A stretch of DNA of 64,000 nt from an uncultured Dehalococcoidaceae bacterium. Its GTDB lineage: Bacteria > Chloroflexota > Dehalococcoidia > Dehalococcoidales > RBG-16-60-22. The DNA lies in NCBI GenBank assembly GCA_964597015.1, contig CAZQWO010000001.1, positions 1,291 to 65,290 on the forward strand, read 5' to 3'. The translations under genes were made by a program, and so were the position numbers. Below are positions 47,782-59,278 of this stretch, one piece after another (position 1 is the first letter of the stretch; every line of letters starts with the position of its first letter). The notes beneath the pieces were generated by a model. The model saw only the letters and a program-made list of their open reading frames with translations, had not been told where the DNA came from and searched no databases.

Positions 47782-49485
47782 TTAAGTGATTGAGAATACG
47801 TTACGCAGGATCTCATATGGAGTGGTAACTCCCTCTTTAACCTTCATCATCCCGTCATGCCACAGAGAGATCATGCCTTCCTTGTTGGCTTCCTGGCGCA
47901 TTTCATCGGAATCGGTACCTTTGATAATTATGCGGCGGATGGCCTCAGTGACTACTAGAACTTCAAAGATGCCGGTTCGCCCCAGATAGCCTGTACCGGC
48001 GCAGAAATTACAACCGGCACCAATAATAAATTCAGAGCGTTTTTCTCCCATTTCTTCTTCATAAGCTTCCCGCTCGTCAGGGGCTATCTCAGTGGGGTGA
48101 GAACAGTACGGGCAGACACGCCGTACCATTCTCTGGGCAATAACGCCAATCAACGCCGAAGAAATGAGGAATGGCTCAATACCCAGGTCAACCATTCGGA
48201 TAATGGTGCTCACGGTATCATTGGCGTGGACTGAAGACAACACCAGATGGCCGGTAAGGGCCGCCTGCGTGGAAATCTGCGCCGTTTCCGCGTCACGTAT
48301 CTCACCGACCAGTATCACGTCAGGGTCAAGCCGCATTGTGGCTCTCAGTCCGGTGGCGAAGGTAACAGCGGCTGACGGATTGACCTGCATCTGATTGATA
48401 TTGGCAAAATGATATTCCACCGGGTCTTCAATGGTGATAATCTTGCGTCCAACCGAGTCCAGCGTGTTTACCGAGGCATACTGGGTAGTCGTTTTACCGG
48501 AACCGGTGGGACCGCTGATCAGTATCATGCCAAAAGGCGTCTTCAGCATCATCATGTATTTTCCCAGTGATTCCGGCAGGAATCCGATTTCCGGCAATGG
48601 CATGAAGGCGAAAGCCTTGTCCAGGATTCTCATCACCGCCATCTCACCGTATATCGTGTTGGAAGTAGCCACACGGATATCCACCTCACGGTCACCCATA
48701 TCAAAGGTAATCTGACCGTCCTGAGGTCGACGGCGCTCGGCGATGTTCAACGCCGCCATGATTTTCACGCGGGAAAGTAGCGGCGCATGCACGCTTAACG
48801 GCAGGGCCATCACCTCGTTCAGGATACCGTCAATCCGGTAGCGAACGCGCAACCTGTCTTCTTGAGGTTCAACATGTACATCGGAGGCACGGTCCCGTAC
48901 CGCCTGTTTTATCAGCAGGTCAATAGCACGCACCACCGGGGCCTGGGCGATTATTTCCGGTGAAACCCGTGCTTCTCTCATCCCGGCGGCGCCACGGTAC
49001 CGGGTGGGAATCTGACTCAGCTGTTCTTCAAGTTCACCACCGATGCGGTAGTTCAGGTCTATCATTTCCTGAATGTCCTGAGCCGTACTGATAACCGGCT
49101 CAATTCTTCTCATGGTTATTGCCGCCAGGTCTTCAATCGCCTCTATATCCTTGGGGTCTTCCATGGCAATCACGATGGCCCCGTCTTTCAAGGCCACCGG
49201 GATGATGCCGTATTTCCTGGCCACTGATTCCGGGATTAATTTCACCGCATCGGTCTTTACACCTTCTCTTCTCAGGTTGATGAACGGTATTCCCAGCTGC
49301 AGACTGATAAAGAATGCCAGTTGCTGCTGCGTAACCATACGTTGCTGAACCAAAATATGCTCTAGCCGGTCACCCGTCTTCTGCTGCAGCTCATGGGCAC
49401 GCTGTACCTGCTCATCGTTTATAATTCCGGCCTCAACCAGAATATTCAGGACATTTCTCTTCACGCTTTTTGCCGGCGCTTCCAT
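47782..49485 (-). CDS. pilB: type IV pilus assembly ATPase (GspE/PilB family), copy 2
   Basis: Walker A GPTGSGKTTTQ. Tetracysteine CPYC..CNFC. N-terminal T2SSE_N domain. Confidence 0.9.
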   Translation of the reverse strand: MEAPAKSVKRNVLNILVEAGIINDEQVQRAHELQQKTGDRLEHILVQQRMVTQQQLAFFISLQLGIPFINLRREGVKTDAVKLIPESVARKYGIIPVALKDGAIVIAMEDPKDIEAIEDLAAITMRRIEPVISTAQDIQEMIDLNYRIGGELEEQLSQIPTRYRGAAGMREARVSPEIIAQAPVVRAIDLLIKQAVRDRASDVHVEPQEDRLRVRYRIDGILNEVMALPLSVHAPLLSRVKIMAALNIAERRRPQDGQITFDMGDREVDIRVATSNTIYGEMAVMRILDKAFAFMPLPEIGFLPESLGKYMMMLKTPFGMILISGPTGSGKTTTQYASVNTLDSVGRKIITIEDPVEYHFANINQMQVNPSAAVTFATGLRATMRLDPDVILVGEIRDAETAQISTQAALTGHLVLSSVHANDTVSTIIRMVDLGIEPFLISSALIGVIAQRMVRRVCPYCSHPTEIAPDEREAYEEEMGEKRSEFIIGAGCNFCAGTGYLGRTGIFEVLVVTEAIRRIIIKGTDSDEMRQEANKEGMISLWHDGMMKVKEGVTTPYEILRNVFSIT

Positions 49486-49564
49486 TTCTCCCCCCTCAAA
49501 TTATCCCCATAGTATAAACCTGAAATTTCTTCAGCTCAGTGTTTACCCTGCCGGTGACTAACGG

Positions 49565-50470
49565 CTATTGACTCCTCGGTGAAATGGTTATTCGGCGCAC
49601 CCCTCTTCTTTCCGGCACGTTATCCTTTCCTTCCGGTCGCTCCGGTGAAATGTTAGCCTCGGGCAATTTGGCAACGAGCCCGGCAAGCAAGGGAGCAGGC
49701 TTATCCAGCACTATGGTTATGATGCTTCCCTTATTCCAGGAACCTGCGGTACGGACAAATTTTAGTTCAGGTGTGGTCTGCAGGTAGCTATACAATTTGG
49801 CCACCATTGTTGGCTCAATCGGCACTTCAACGTTTAACTCAACCTCGCCAGTATACAGTGACTCGCTTTCCTCCTTGGTTAAAACCACCGCTGGCGCTTC
49901 TTTCGCCACTGCCCTCCGTTCTTTGCCAGTCTTTTTGGGCTCTATTACTTCCGCTGCTGGCTCAACAACAGCCGACACCTCAGGCAGCGGCACCGCTTCT
50001 TCGGCCACCGGTTCTTCAACCTGACTCTCAAGCGGCTCCGGTTTTTCCTCCTCCGCAACCACTTCTTCTGGAGCCGGGACTGGCTCTGCCATTTTCTCCT
50101 CAGCGACCGGCTCGGCTATGGAAGCAATATCTTCTGCGGTCTCTTTCTGCACTGGCCTCTTTTGGCTTTTTACCTTCTCCGCTTCCTTTTTAGCCTCCGC
50201 AATAATCTTGTCTGCTTCCTGCCGGGCCTCTGCCGCCACCTGCGTTTTTACGCTGTCAACAATCTGCTCGGCACTGCTGATTGCCGCCTTGAGTATAGAG
50301 CGGACCGAAGACGAAGAAGAAGTGTCGCGCTGCTCCACGAGACCGTTCACCTGGTCAAACAGCTGTTCCGCATTTCCCTTATCTTCAGCAATCTCTCCCC
50401 CGCTGCTTTCCGCCTGCGGTTTGCTTTCCGTTCCCTTTGCTTCACGTTTCCGTCCGAGCAACCTGAACAT
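49565..50470 (-). CDS. hypothetical Glu/Ala/Pro-rich protein leading pilus gene set 2
   Basis: ATG 50470 lies 10 nt after GGAGGA; the track start at 50479 is TTG. An N-terminal helical AEARQEADKIIAEAKKEAEKV segment, an acidic proline-rich linker, and a ~100-aa C-terminal globular segment. Confidence 0.55.
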   Translation of the reverse strand: MFRLLGRKREAKGTESKPQAESSGGEIAEDKGNAEQLFDQVNGLVEQRDTSSSSSVRSILKAAISSAEQIVDSVKTQVAAEARQEADKIIAEAKKEAEKVKSQKRPVQKETAEDIASIAEPVAEEKMAEPVPAPEEVVAEEEKPEPLESQVEEPVAEEAVPLPEVSAVVEPAAEVIEPKKTGKERRAVAKEAPAVVLTKEESESLYTGEVELNVEVPIEPTMVAKLYSYLQTTPELKFVRTAGSWNKGSIITIVLDKPAPLLAGLVAKLPEANISPERPEGKDNVPERRGVRRITISPRSQ

Positions 50471-50761
50471 GCCGTACAATTCCTCCGCTCTTCCCCAGGC
50501 CGTTTTCAGTTCGATTTACCATAAATAATATTAGTTTGATGAGTGTCAAATGTCAAGTAAACCAAGTGTAGGTCGTCGGCCCGTAATTGTCAATGTAACC
50601 ATCAGTTAAGATAACGGTGCCACATGCCTGTGAAGCTGATATCCATAATAAAATCCAGGTACCGGCAAGCCAGATTCCGCTTCCTATTTGAAAAGATGGT
50701 GTTTTTGCGTTATAAATATAAGAGCATTCTACACAAATGAATAATTAAGAAGGATTTAAAC

Positions 50762-52021
50762 TTGGCCAAGAAAAAACCGGATAAACCACAGCATATACTA
50801 ACGCCGCGCCAGATTTCACGCTGGGAGCAGCAGAGAAAGCGACAGCGCATTATCTTTATAACGGGCATCTCCATCATCGCTCTAGTGCTGGCTTTCGTCG
50901 GCATGGGCTGGTATTATGGCCAGTATAAACCATTCCGTGAGACCGCCATCGAGGTCAATGGCACTGAGTTCACCATGGGTTATTTTGTGGAAATGCTGAA
51001 ACTGGAAGGCGCTGACCAGCCGGAAGAGAGCCTGCCCACCATTGCCGATAACGTGCTGGAAAACATAAAGCGCAACGAATTAATCAGACAGGGCGCTCTG
51101 GAGCTGGGCATCAGCGTCACCGAGGAAGAAGTGAAAAAGGTTATCAAGGACAATGACCTGCCTGATAAAGAGGTCTATCGTGCCCTGGTCAGCTATCAGC
51201 TGCTCATTGAGCGCCTGCTGGACTCCCATTTTGATTCCCAGGTGCCAATGTATGCTGAGCACAGGCAGGTTTTGGCGATGATGCTGGAGAACGAACCGCA
51301 GGCCCTTGAAGTTAGAAGCAAACTGGTGAATGGAGAGGACTTCGGCGAGCTCGCGGAAGAGATGAGCCTGGAACTGTTTTCCAAGAATAAAGGGGGCGAC
51401 TTTGGCTGGGTCCCCAGGGCTATTTTACAGGACATGCTGAAGACGTCGATAGTCGATGAAATCTTCAGTCACAAAATAGGCGAGCTGAGCCAGCCGATAT
51501 ATGATGAAGAAGCGGAGAAATGGGTTGGCTACTGGCTGGTAAAGGTCCTGGAGCGAAACGAGGAGGAAGATGAGACCCATCTTCAGATAATGCTCCTGGG
51601 TAACGAAGAAGAAGCGTGGAGCATCAGGAAAGAACTGGAGGCGGGCGCTGATTGGGGTGACCTTGCCGTGGCGCATTCCCAGATAAAGGGAGTCGAGGAA
51701 AACCTCGGTGAGTATCAGTTATCAAAGGGCATGGCGGCGCCGCCGATAGATGAATATGCCCACAGCCCGGATACAGAAATAGGCGAAATCAGCGAGCCGC
51801 TCCGTGACGAGGATGTATCCACCAAGGGTGGCTACTGGCTGATAAAGGTTCTCGACGAAGATAACGAGCGACGTGTCGATGCTGATTACAGGGATTACCT
51901 GAAAGCCAAAGCCCTTGATGAGTGGGCGGCTACAATTATCGACAACAAAGACAATGAAATCATAAATTACATTGAACCGGAGAAGAAGTCCTGGGCGATT
52001 GAACAGGCGCTGAGAGGCTAG
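50762..52021 (+). CDS. membrane-anchored parvulin-type peptidyl-prolyl isomerase (PrsA/SurA-like)
   Basis: N-terminal TM anchor. Two PpiC-like segments (..GEDFGELAEEMS..GGDFGWV.. and ..GADWGDLAVAHS..). TTG start. Confidence 0.75.
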   Translation: MAKKKPDKPQHILTPRQISRWEQQRKRQRIIFITGISIIALVLAFVGMGWYYGQYKPFRETAIEVNGTEFTMGYFVEMLKLEGADQPEESLPTIADNVLENIKRNELIRQGALELGISVTEEEVKKVIKDNDLPDKEVYRALVSYQLLIERLLDSHFDSQVPMYAEHRQVLAMMLENEPQALEVRSKLVNGEDFGELAEEMSLELFSKNKGGDFGWVPRAILQDMLKTSIVDEIFSHKIGELSQPIYDEEAEKWVGYWLVKVLERNEEEDETHLQIMLLGNEEEAWSIRKELEAGADWGDLAVAHSQIKGVEENLGEYQLSKGMAAPPIDEYAHSPDTEIGEISEPLRDEDVSTKGGYWLIKVLDEDNERRVDADYRDYLKAKALDEWAATIIDNKDNEIINYIEPEKKSWAIEQALRG

Positions 52022-52044
52022 AGACAAAGCGAGGTACGGGTGGT

Positions 52045-53349
52045 ATGAAAAACAGAAGCATAGGCATCGGCATGATGGGGCTGGGGATAATCGGCGGGCA
52101 GGTAGCCAGGGTCCTGACGGAAAAAGTTGACATGCTTGCCGAACAGGCCGGCTGTGCACTGGTCCTGCGCAAGGTAAAGGTGCTGCCCGTCGACCTGGAA
52201 AGGCCGCTGGCCAAGGAGATGCCCGCGGAGCTCCTCACCACGGATGACGATGAGTTTTTCAATGAGCCCGGGCTTGATATCATGATTGAGGCCATCGGTG
52301 GCGAGAACCCGGCCCGCGAGTACCTGAAGCGGGCCATCACCAGCGGCCGATACGTGGTAACCTCAAACAAGGAAGTCATCGCCAAGCACGGCGCCGAACT
52401 TCAGGCCCTGGCCCAGAAACATAATGTCGGGCTGCGCTATGAAGCCAGCGTCGGCGGCGGCATCCCGCTGATTGCACCGTTCAAGTACGACCTGGTGGCC
52501 AACGATATCACCGGCATTTACGCCATCATCAACGGCACGACCAACTACATCCTCACCCGGATGGCGCGCGAGGGCATCGATTTCCCCATAGCGCTGAAGA
52601 GCGCCCAGGAGCTGGGCTATGCCGAAGCCAACCCCGAAAATGATATCGAGGGCATTGACGCCAACTACAAGCTGGCCATCATGGCCTCGCTGGCCTTTCA
52701 GACCGTGGTCAAGCCGGAAGACATCTACCGGGAAGGTATCTCCCGGATTGGCAGCCGGGACTTCCTCTACGCCCGCGAACTGGGCCTGGCCATCAAGCTC
52801 CTGGCCATCGCCAAACGCGCTGACAACTCGATTGAGGTAAGGGTGCATCCGGTCCTTATTCCGGAGGACTCGCTTCTGGCCAAGGTCGATGGCGTCTACA
52901 ATGGCATTCTGGTGGAAGGCGACCTCATCGGCAAGATTATGTTTTACGGCCAGGGCGCCGGTCCGCTGGCCACCAGCAGCGCCGTGGTCGCCGACATTGT
53001 GGCCTCGGCGCAGGACATCACCTTCAACGTGGGCAACCGACTGAAATGGAAGCCGGAGTCAGGAAAGCGAATCAAGCCCATGGCTGAGATTGAGACCCAG
53101 TACTACCTCCGGCTGAACTGCGCCGACCGCCCCGGCGTGCTGGCCCAGATTGCCAAGATACTGGGTGATAATATGATTAGCATCGCCTCGGCGATTCAGA
53201 AAGAGGCCGACGCTGCCGCCCAGACCGCAGAGGTTGTCCTGACCACCCACCCGTCATCAGAAAAAGCGATGCGGCGGGCTTTAAATAAGATTGAACAGCT
53301 AGAGATGGTGAAGGAAATAAGCAACTTCATCCGCATAGAACACATTTAG
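52045..53349 (+). CDS. hom: homoserine dehydrogenase
   Basis: [17 protein letters not shown]-binding site, a catalytic core, and a C-terminal ACT-like segment. Confidence 0.9.
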   Translation: MKNRSIGIGMMGLGIIGGQVARVLTEKVDMLAEQAGCALVLRKVKVLPVDLERPLAKEMPAELLTTDDDEFFNEPGLDIMIEAIGGENPAREYLKRAITSGRYVVTSNKEVIAKHGAELQALAQKHNVGLRYEASVGGGIPLIAPFKYDLVANDITGIYAIINGTTNYILTRMAREGIDFPIALKSAQELGYAEANPENDIEGIDANYKLAIMASLAFQTVVKPEDIYREGISRIGSRDFLYARELGLAIKLLAIAKRADNSIEVRVHPVLIPEDSLLAKVDGVYNGILVEGDLIGKIMFYGQGAGPLATSSAVVADIVASAQDITFNVGNRLKWKPESGKRIKPMAEIETQYYLRLNCADRPGVLAQIAKILGDNMISIASAIQKEADAAAQTAEVVLTTHPSSEKAMRRALNKIEQLEMVKEISNFIRIEHI

Positions 53350-53377
53350 TGAATACGGAAATCAGGTGTTCAGCCCG

Positions 53378-54433
53378 ATGATAAAATCAGGTGTCCTGCA
53401 CAGATATAAAGACCTCCTCCCCATCACCCCTAAAACACCGCTGTTTTCCCTGGGAGAGGGAAACACGCCACTGGTTAAAGCCGACCGGCTGGCGGGGGAA
53501 ATCGGCTGCGGGGAACTGTACCTCAAACTGGAGGGGTGCAATCCCACCGGTTCCTTCAAGGACAGAGGTATGGTGGTGGCGGTGGCCAAGGCATTAGAAG
53601 AGAAAAGCCAGGCCATCATGTGCGCTTCCACGGGCAACACCAGTGCCTCCGCGGCTGCCTATGCCGCCTGCTGCGACCTGACGGCCATCATCGTTGTCCC
53701 CGGGGGCAAAATCGCCCTAGGCAAACTGGCGCAGGCGATTGTCTATGGCGCCAAAATCCTGACCATCGACGGCAACTTTGACCAGGCGCTGCAGATTGTC
53801 CGCGCACTTACCGAGAAGCACCCGGTCACCCTGGTGAACTCGCTGAACCCGCACCGTATCGAAGGGCAGAAGACGGCTGCTTTTGAAATCATCGACGTAC
53901 TGGGCGACGCCCCCGACTTCCTGTTCATCCCCGTGGGTAACGCCGGCAATATCACCGCCTACTGGAAGGGATTTAAAGAATATTATGAAATGGGCAAGGC
54001 GAGTAAAAAGCCGGTGATGATGGGCTTCCAGGCGGAAGGCGCCGCCCCCATTGTCCACGGCCATCCGATTGAAAAGCCGGAGACGGTGGCCACGGCGATA
54101 CGCATCGGCAACCCGGCCAGCTGGCAGAAAGCGGAGGCGGCGCGTGATGAATCCGGCGGCCTAATTGACATGGTCAGCGACGCTGAAATCCTGTCGGCGC
54201 AGAAGCTGCTCGCCACCAGGGCCGGCGTCTTTGGCGAGCCGGCGTCGGCGGCTTCCATAGCCGGGCTGGTCAAGCTGTCCGGACAGGGCCGGGACTTTAA
54301 GAATAAAAGGATTGCCTGCGTCATCACGGGCACCGGACTGAAGGATACCGATACCGCCCTGAAAGATGCCCCGCCATTTCTCCGATTACCTGCCGATATA
54401 AAAGAAGTGGAGAAGGCACTGGGCTGGGGATAA
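53378..54433 (+). CDS. thrC: threonine synthase
   Basis: ..LGEGNTPLV.. and the PLP lysine motif [13 protein letters not shown] 53378 is preferred over GTG 53366. Confidence 0.9.
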   Translation: MIKSGVLHRYKDLLPITPKTPLFSLGEGNTPLVKADRLAGEIGCGELYLKLEGCNPTGSFKDRGMVVAVAKALEEKSQAIMCASTGNTSASAAAYAACCDLTAIIVVPGGKIALGKLAQAIVYGAKILTIDGNFDQALQIVRALTEKHPVTLVNSLNPHRIEGQKTAAFEIIDVLGDAPDFLFIPVGNAGNITAYWKGFKEYYEMGKASKKPVMMGFQAEGAAPIVHGHPIEKPETVATAIRIGNPASWQKAEAARDESGGLIDMVSDAEILSAQKLLATRAGVFGEPASAASIAGLVKLSGQGRDFKNKRIACVITGTGLKDTDTALKDAPPFLRLPADIKEVEKALGWG

Positions 54434-54452
54434 AACCGGGTTTCAGGAGAAG

Positions 54453-55022
54453 ATGATGTTTGACGAGGCTAAAATCAGGAAGGCGATAAATGACATAATT
54501 GAGGCCATCGGGGAAGACCCCAAGCGTGAGGGTCTGGTGGGTACGCCGGAACGTGTGGCCGAGATGTATGCCGAGCTTTTCGGCGGGCTGCACCAGAACC
54601 CGACCGAGGAGCTGAAGGTTGGTTTTGAACTCGGCCACCGCGAGATGGTGGTGCTGCGGGACATCCCTTTCTACTCAATGTGCGAGCATCATCTGCTGCC
54701 ATTTTACGGCGTCGCCCACATCGGCTACATCCCCAACGAAGAGGGTCGAATCGTCGGCATCAGCAAGCTGGCCCGTGTGGTGGAAGTCATTTCCAAGCGA
54801 CCCCAGCTTCAGGAAAGGATGACCACCGAGATTGCCGACGCCATCATGGACGCCATCAAGCCGGACGGGGTGGCAGTGGTCATTCAGGCAGAACACCTGT
54901 GCATGATTATGCGCGGCATCAAAAAGCCGGGCAGCAACGTGATTACCTCAGCCCTAAGGGGCATCTTCAGTCGCAAAGCGGCCAGCCGGGCGGAGTTTTT
55001 CTCCATAATTCAGGGGAAGTAG
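54453..55022 (+). CDS. folE: GTP cyclohydrolase I
   Basis: [28 protein letters not shown] motifs. Confidence 0.92.
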   Translation: MMFDEAKIRKAINDIIEAIGEDPKREGLVGTPERVAEMYAELFGGLHQNPTEELKVGFELGHREMVVLRDIPFYSMCEHHLLPFYGVAHIGYIPNEEGRIVGISKLARVVEVISKRPQLQERMTTEIADAIMDAIKPDGVAVVIQAEHLCMIMRGIKKPGSNVITSALRGIFSRKAASRAEFFSIIQGK

Positions 55023-55036
55023 GGTTACCTTTACCC

Positions 55037-56971
<1,935 letters not shown>

Positions 56972-57133
56972 TTAAGCCCCCTAAGAAAAAAGCAAGCTCT
57001 CAGATAATCAAGAGCCTGCCTTTAACACGCGTGTGAATTTTGCATTTACGCACGTTTAAGTGTAGCACAAATCAGCTTCAAAGTAAAGGCGGGGGAACAT
57101 ATGATTATTTGCTTTAAAAACACACGAATTATA

Positions 57134-57162
57134 TTGAACAAAATTTCTAGTTGTGTTATATT
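57134..57162 (+). promoter_or_regulatory. putative pyr operon promoter
   Basis: TTGAAC, 17-nt spacer, TATATT. Confidence 0.4.
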
Positions 57163-57176
57163 AATTCAGGACAAAA

Positions 57177-57268
57177 CCTTTAAGCTGGTCCGGTGAGGCT
57201 GGCAAGGACATAAAAGAGACACACCGCAACGTTGACCTCTTGCCAGCCCCGGCAGGGGGTTATTTTTA
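57177..57268 (+). promoter_or_regulatory. PyrR-binding attenuator leader
   Basis: PyrR-box-like GUCCGGUGAGGCU (57188-57200) lies within hairpin 57177-57207. Alternative antiterminator pairing: GGCTGGCAAG (57197-206) with CTTGCCAGCC (57239-248). Terminator/SD-sequestering hairpin CCTCTTGCC-AGCCCC-GGCAGGGGG (57236-57259) is followed by TTATTTTTA. Confidence 0.6.
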
Positions 57269-57873
57269 TGGCTAAAAAAGTCGTTATGACCCGGGAAGAC
57301 ATACGACGCACCCTGGCGCGCATCGCCCATGAAATCATCGAGCAGAACAAAGCGATAGACCAGCTGATACTGGTGGGGATGCGGACGCGGGGCGTGCCGC
57401 TGGCCAGGCGCCTGGCCGCCAATATTCAAAAGTTCGAAAATACGGCTGTCCCCGTGGGCGCCCTCGATTTCAGCCTCTACCGCGATGACATCTCCCACCT
57501 GGACAAGCAGCCCGTCGTCCAGCACACGGATATCCCGACGAGCGTCGACGGCAAGTCCATCGTGCTCGTTGACGACGTGCTGTACACCGGGCGCAGCACG
57601 CGGGCGGCCATGGACGCGCTCATTGACCGCGGCCGCCCCCGGCAGATTCAGCTGGCAGTGCTCATTGACCGCGGCCACCGCGAGATGCCAATACGTCCCG
57701 ACTACATCGGCAAGAACATACCCAGCGCCCGTCATGAGGAGATACAGGTCCACCTGGTGGAGACCGATGGCGTTGACGAGGTGGCCATTATCAGCGACCA
57801 GCCAAGCGCAGGCGATAATCAAATGCAGCCGGCCAGCGCCGGGAAAAGGAGGGGCCATGACACTGGCAAATAG
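57268..57873 (+). CDS. pyrR: bifunctional pyr operon regulator/uracil phosphoribosyltransferase
   Basis: Track ORF trimmed to [27 protein letters not shown] motif [13 protein letters not shown]. Confidence 0.9.
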   Translation: MAKKVVMTREDIRRTLARIAHEIIEQNKAIDQLILVGMRTRGVPLARRLAANIQKFENTAVPVGALDFSLYRDDISHLDKQPVVQHTDIPTSVDGKSIVLVDDVLYTGRSTRAAMDALIDRGRPRQIQLAVLIDRGHREMPIRPDYIGKNIPSARHEEIQVHLVETDGVDEVAIISDQPSAGDNQMQPASAGKRRGHDTGK

Positions 57874-59278
57874 AAGTCTGGTCACCATTGACGACCTTTC
57901 TTACGGGGAAATCGAAGCGCTCTTCAACCTGGCGGACGAGATGTCCGGGGCCATGGATGAGCAGTACGGGCTGTGCCGGGGCAAGATTATGGCCAGCCTC
58001 TTCTTTGAGCCCAGCACCCGTACGCGTCTCTCCTTTGAGACGGCCATGCACCGCCTCGGTGGGAGCGTCATCACCGCCGCCGATGTCGGGGCAACATCAC
58101 TGGCCAAGGGCGAGAGCATCGCCGATATGGCCAGGGTGGTCGGCAGCTACGTTGACATGATTGTCATCCGCCATCCCTGGGAGGGGGCGGCCAAGGTGGT
58201 GTCTGACTATGCCGGCGTGCCGGTCATAAATGCCGGCGATGGCGGGCACCAGCACCCCACTCAGACGCTGCTCGACCTCTATACCATTAAAAAGGAGAAG
58301 AAGACCTTAAAAGGGCTGAAGATAGGGCTGTGGGGCGACCTCAAGTACGGGCGGACGATACACTCGCTGATTTTCGCCCTGGCCAAGTTCGGGGCCAATA
58401 TATTCTTCTACCCCACCCGGGGCCTGGAAGTACCCGAGCACGTACTGGAAAAACTCACCACCGAATACGGCGGCGAGCTGGAGACTTATGAGGCTCTCAA
58501 CCCGACAGCTAGAGAAAGTCTACTTCCCCTTGACGCTATCTATCTAACGCCGAGCAGTCCGCACCAGCTGGCCATGATGCCCGACGTGAATATCCAGGTT
58601 GAACTGAAGACGGGAATCGATGCTCTCTACGTCACCCGGCCCCAGAAGGAACGGTTTTCCGCCGCCGAGAAAGGCAAGGAGATGAAAGGGCAATTCTCCG
58701 TGGTGGACAAGAAACTGCTCAGGGGCAAGGAGTTCAAAAAGACGCTGGTGATGCACCCGCTGCCCCGCGTCGACGAGCTGGCCCTGGAGCTGGATGCCGA
58801 CCCGAGGAGCATGTATTTCAAGCAGGCGGCGCGCGGGGTGCCGGTGCGGATGGCGCTCATCGCCCTGCTGCTGGGTTTGAAAGAGGCAGCCATTCCGCAG
58901 GAAAAAACGCCGCCAGTAACATACCCCGTTTACCATCGTGATTACGGCCCCAGGTGCCCCAACCCGCGCTGTGTCTCGGTGCAGGAGACGGAAATCAAAT
59001 ACCTCAAGCCCGAATATAAAATCGTCAACCGCAGACCGCTCACCCTGCGCTGCACTTACTGCGAGCACGGCTTTGAGCCGGAGTATGTTGCCAGTTCCGA
59101 CTGGTATGAGGGCAAAACGGCCACCAAGAAGTACCACAGCGCGGCCAGCCACTGGGCGAGGAAAATCAGGCCCGGGAACCTGATTGCCTTCCGCTCGGAA
59201 CACGACGCGGAAACACTCGGCTTCAAGCCGAGTCGATACGTTAAAGTGCGACGACGCAGAAAGGGCGACACGAAATGA
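57857..59278 (+). CDS. pyrB: aspartate carbamoyltransferase catalytic chain fused to a PyrI-type zinc domain and a C-terminal tail
   Basis: Track ORF 57485-59278 trimmed to ATG 57857 ([14 protein letters not shown]) behind AAAGGAGGGG. ATCase motifs [18 protein letters not shown]. Followed by CPNPRC..(26 aa)..CTYC. Confidence 0.88.
   Translation: MTLANRSLVTIDDLSYGEIEALFNLADEMSGAMDEQYGLCRGKIMASLFFEPSTRTRLSFETAMHRLGGSVITAADVGATSLAKGESIADMARVVGSYVDMIVIRHPWEGAAKVVSDYAGVPVINAGDGGHQHPTQTLLDLYTIKKEKKTLKGLKIGLWGDLKYGRTIHSLIFALAKFGANIFFYPTRGLEVPEHVLEKLTTEYGGELETYEALNPTARESLLPLDAIYLTPSSPHQLAMMPDVNIQVELKTGIDALYVTRPQKERFSAAEKGKEMKGQFSVVDKKLLRGKEFKKTLVMHPLPRVDELALELDADPRSMYFKQAARGVPVRMALIALLLGLKEAAIPQEKTPPVTYPVYHRDYGPRCPNPRCVSVQETEIKYLKPEYKIVNRRPLTLRCTYCEHGFEPEYVASSDWYEGKTATKKYHSAASHWARKIRPGNLIAFRSEHDAETLGFKPSRYVKVRRRRKGDTK

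Noticed and set aside
57485-57856. N-terminal 124 codons of the 597-aa track ORF 57485-59278
   Set aside because: This stretch is an out-of-frame overlap of pyrR with a Pro/Arg/Ser/Thr-rich nonsense-like translation. The ATCase sequence begins at ATG 57857, which has a strong SD.
57166-57888. 240-aa minus-strand ORF
   Set aside because: It is antisense to pyrR and its leader, has no recognisable motifs, and pyrR is strongly supported.
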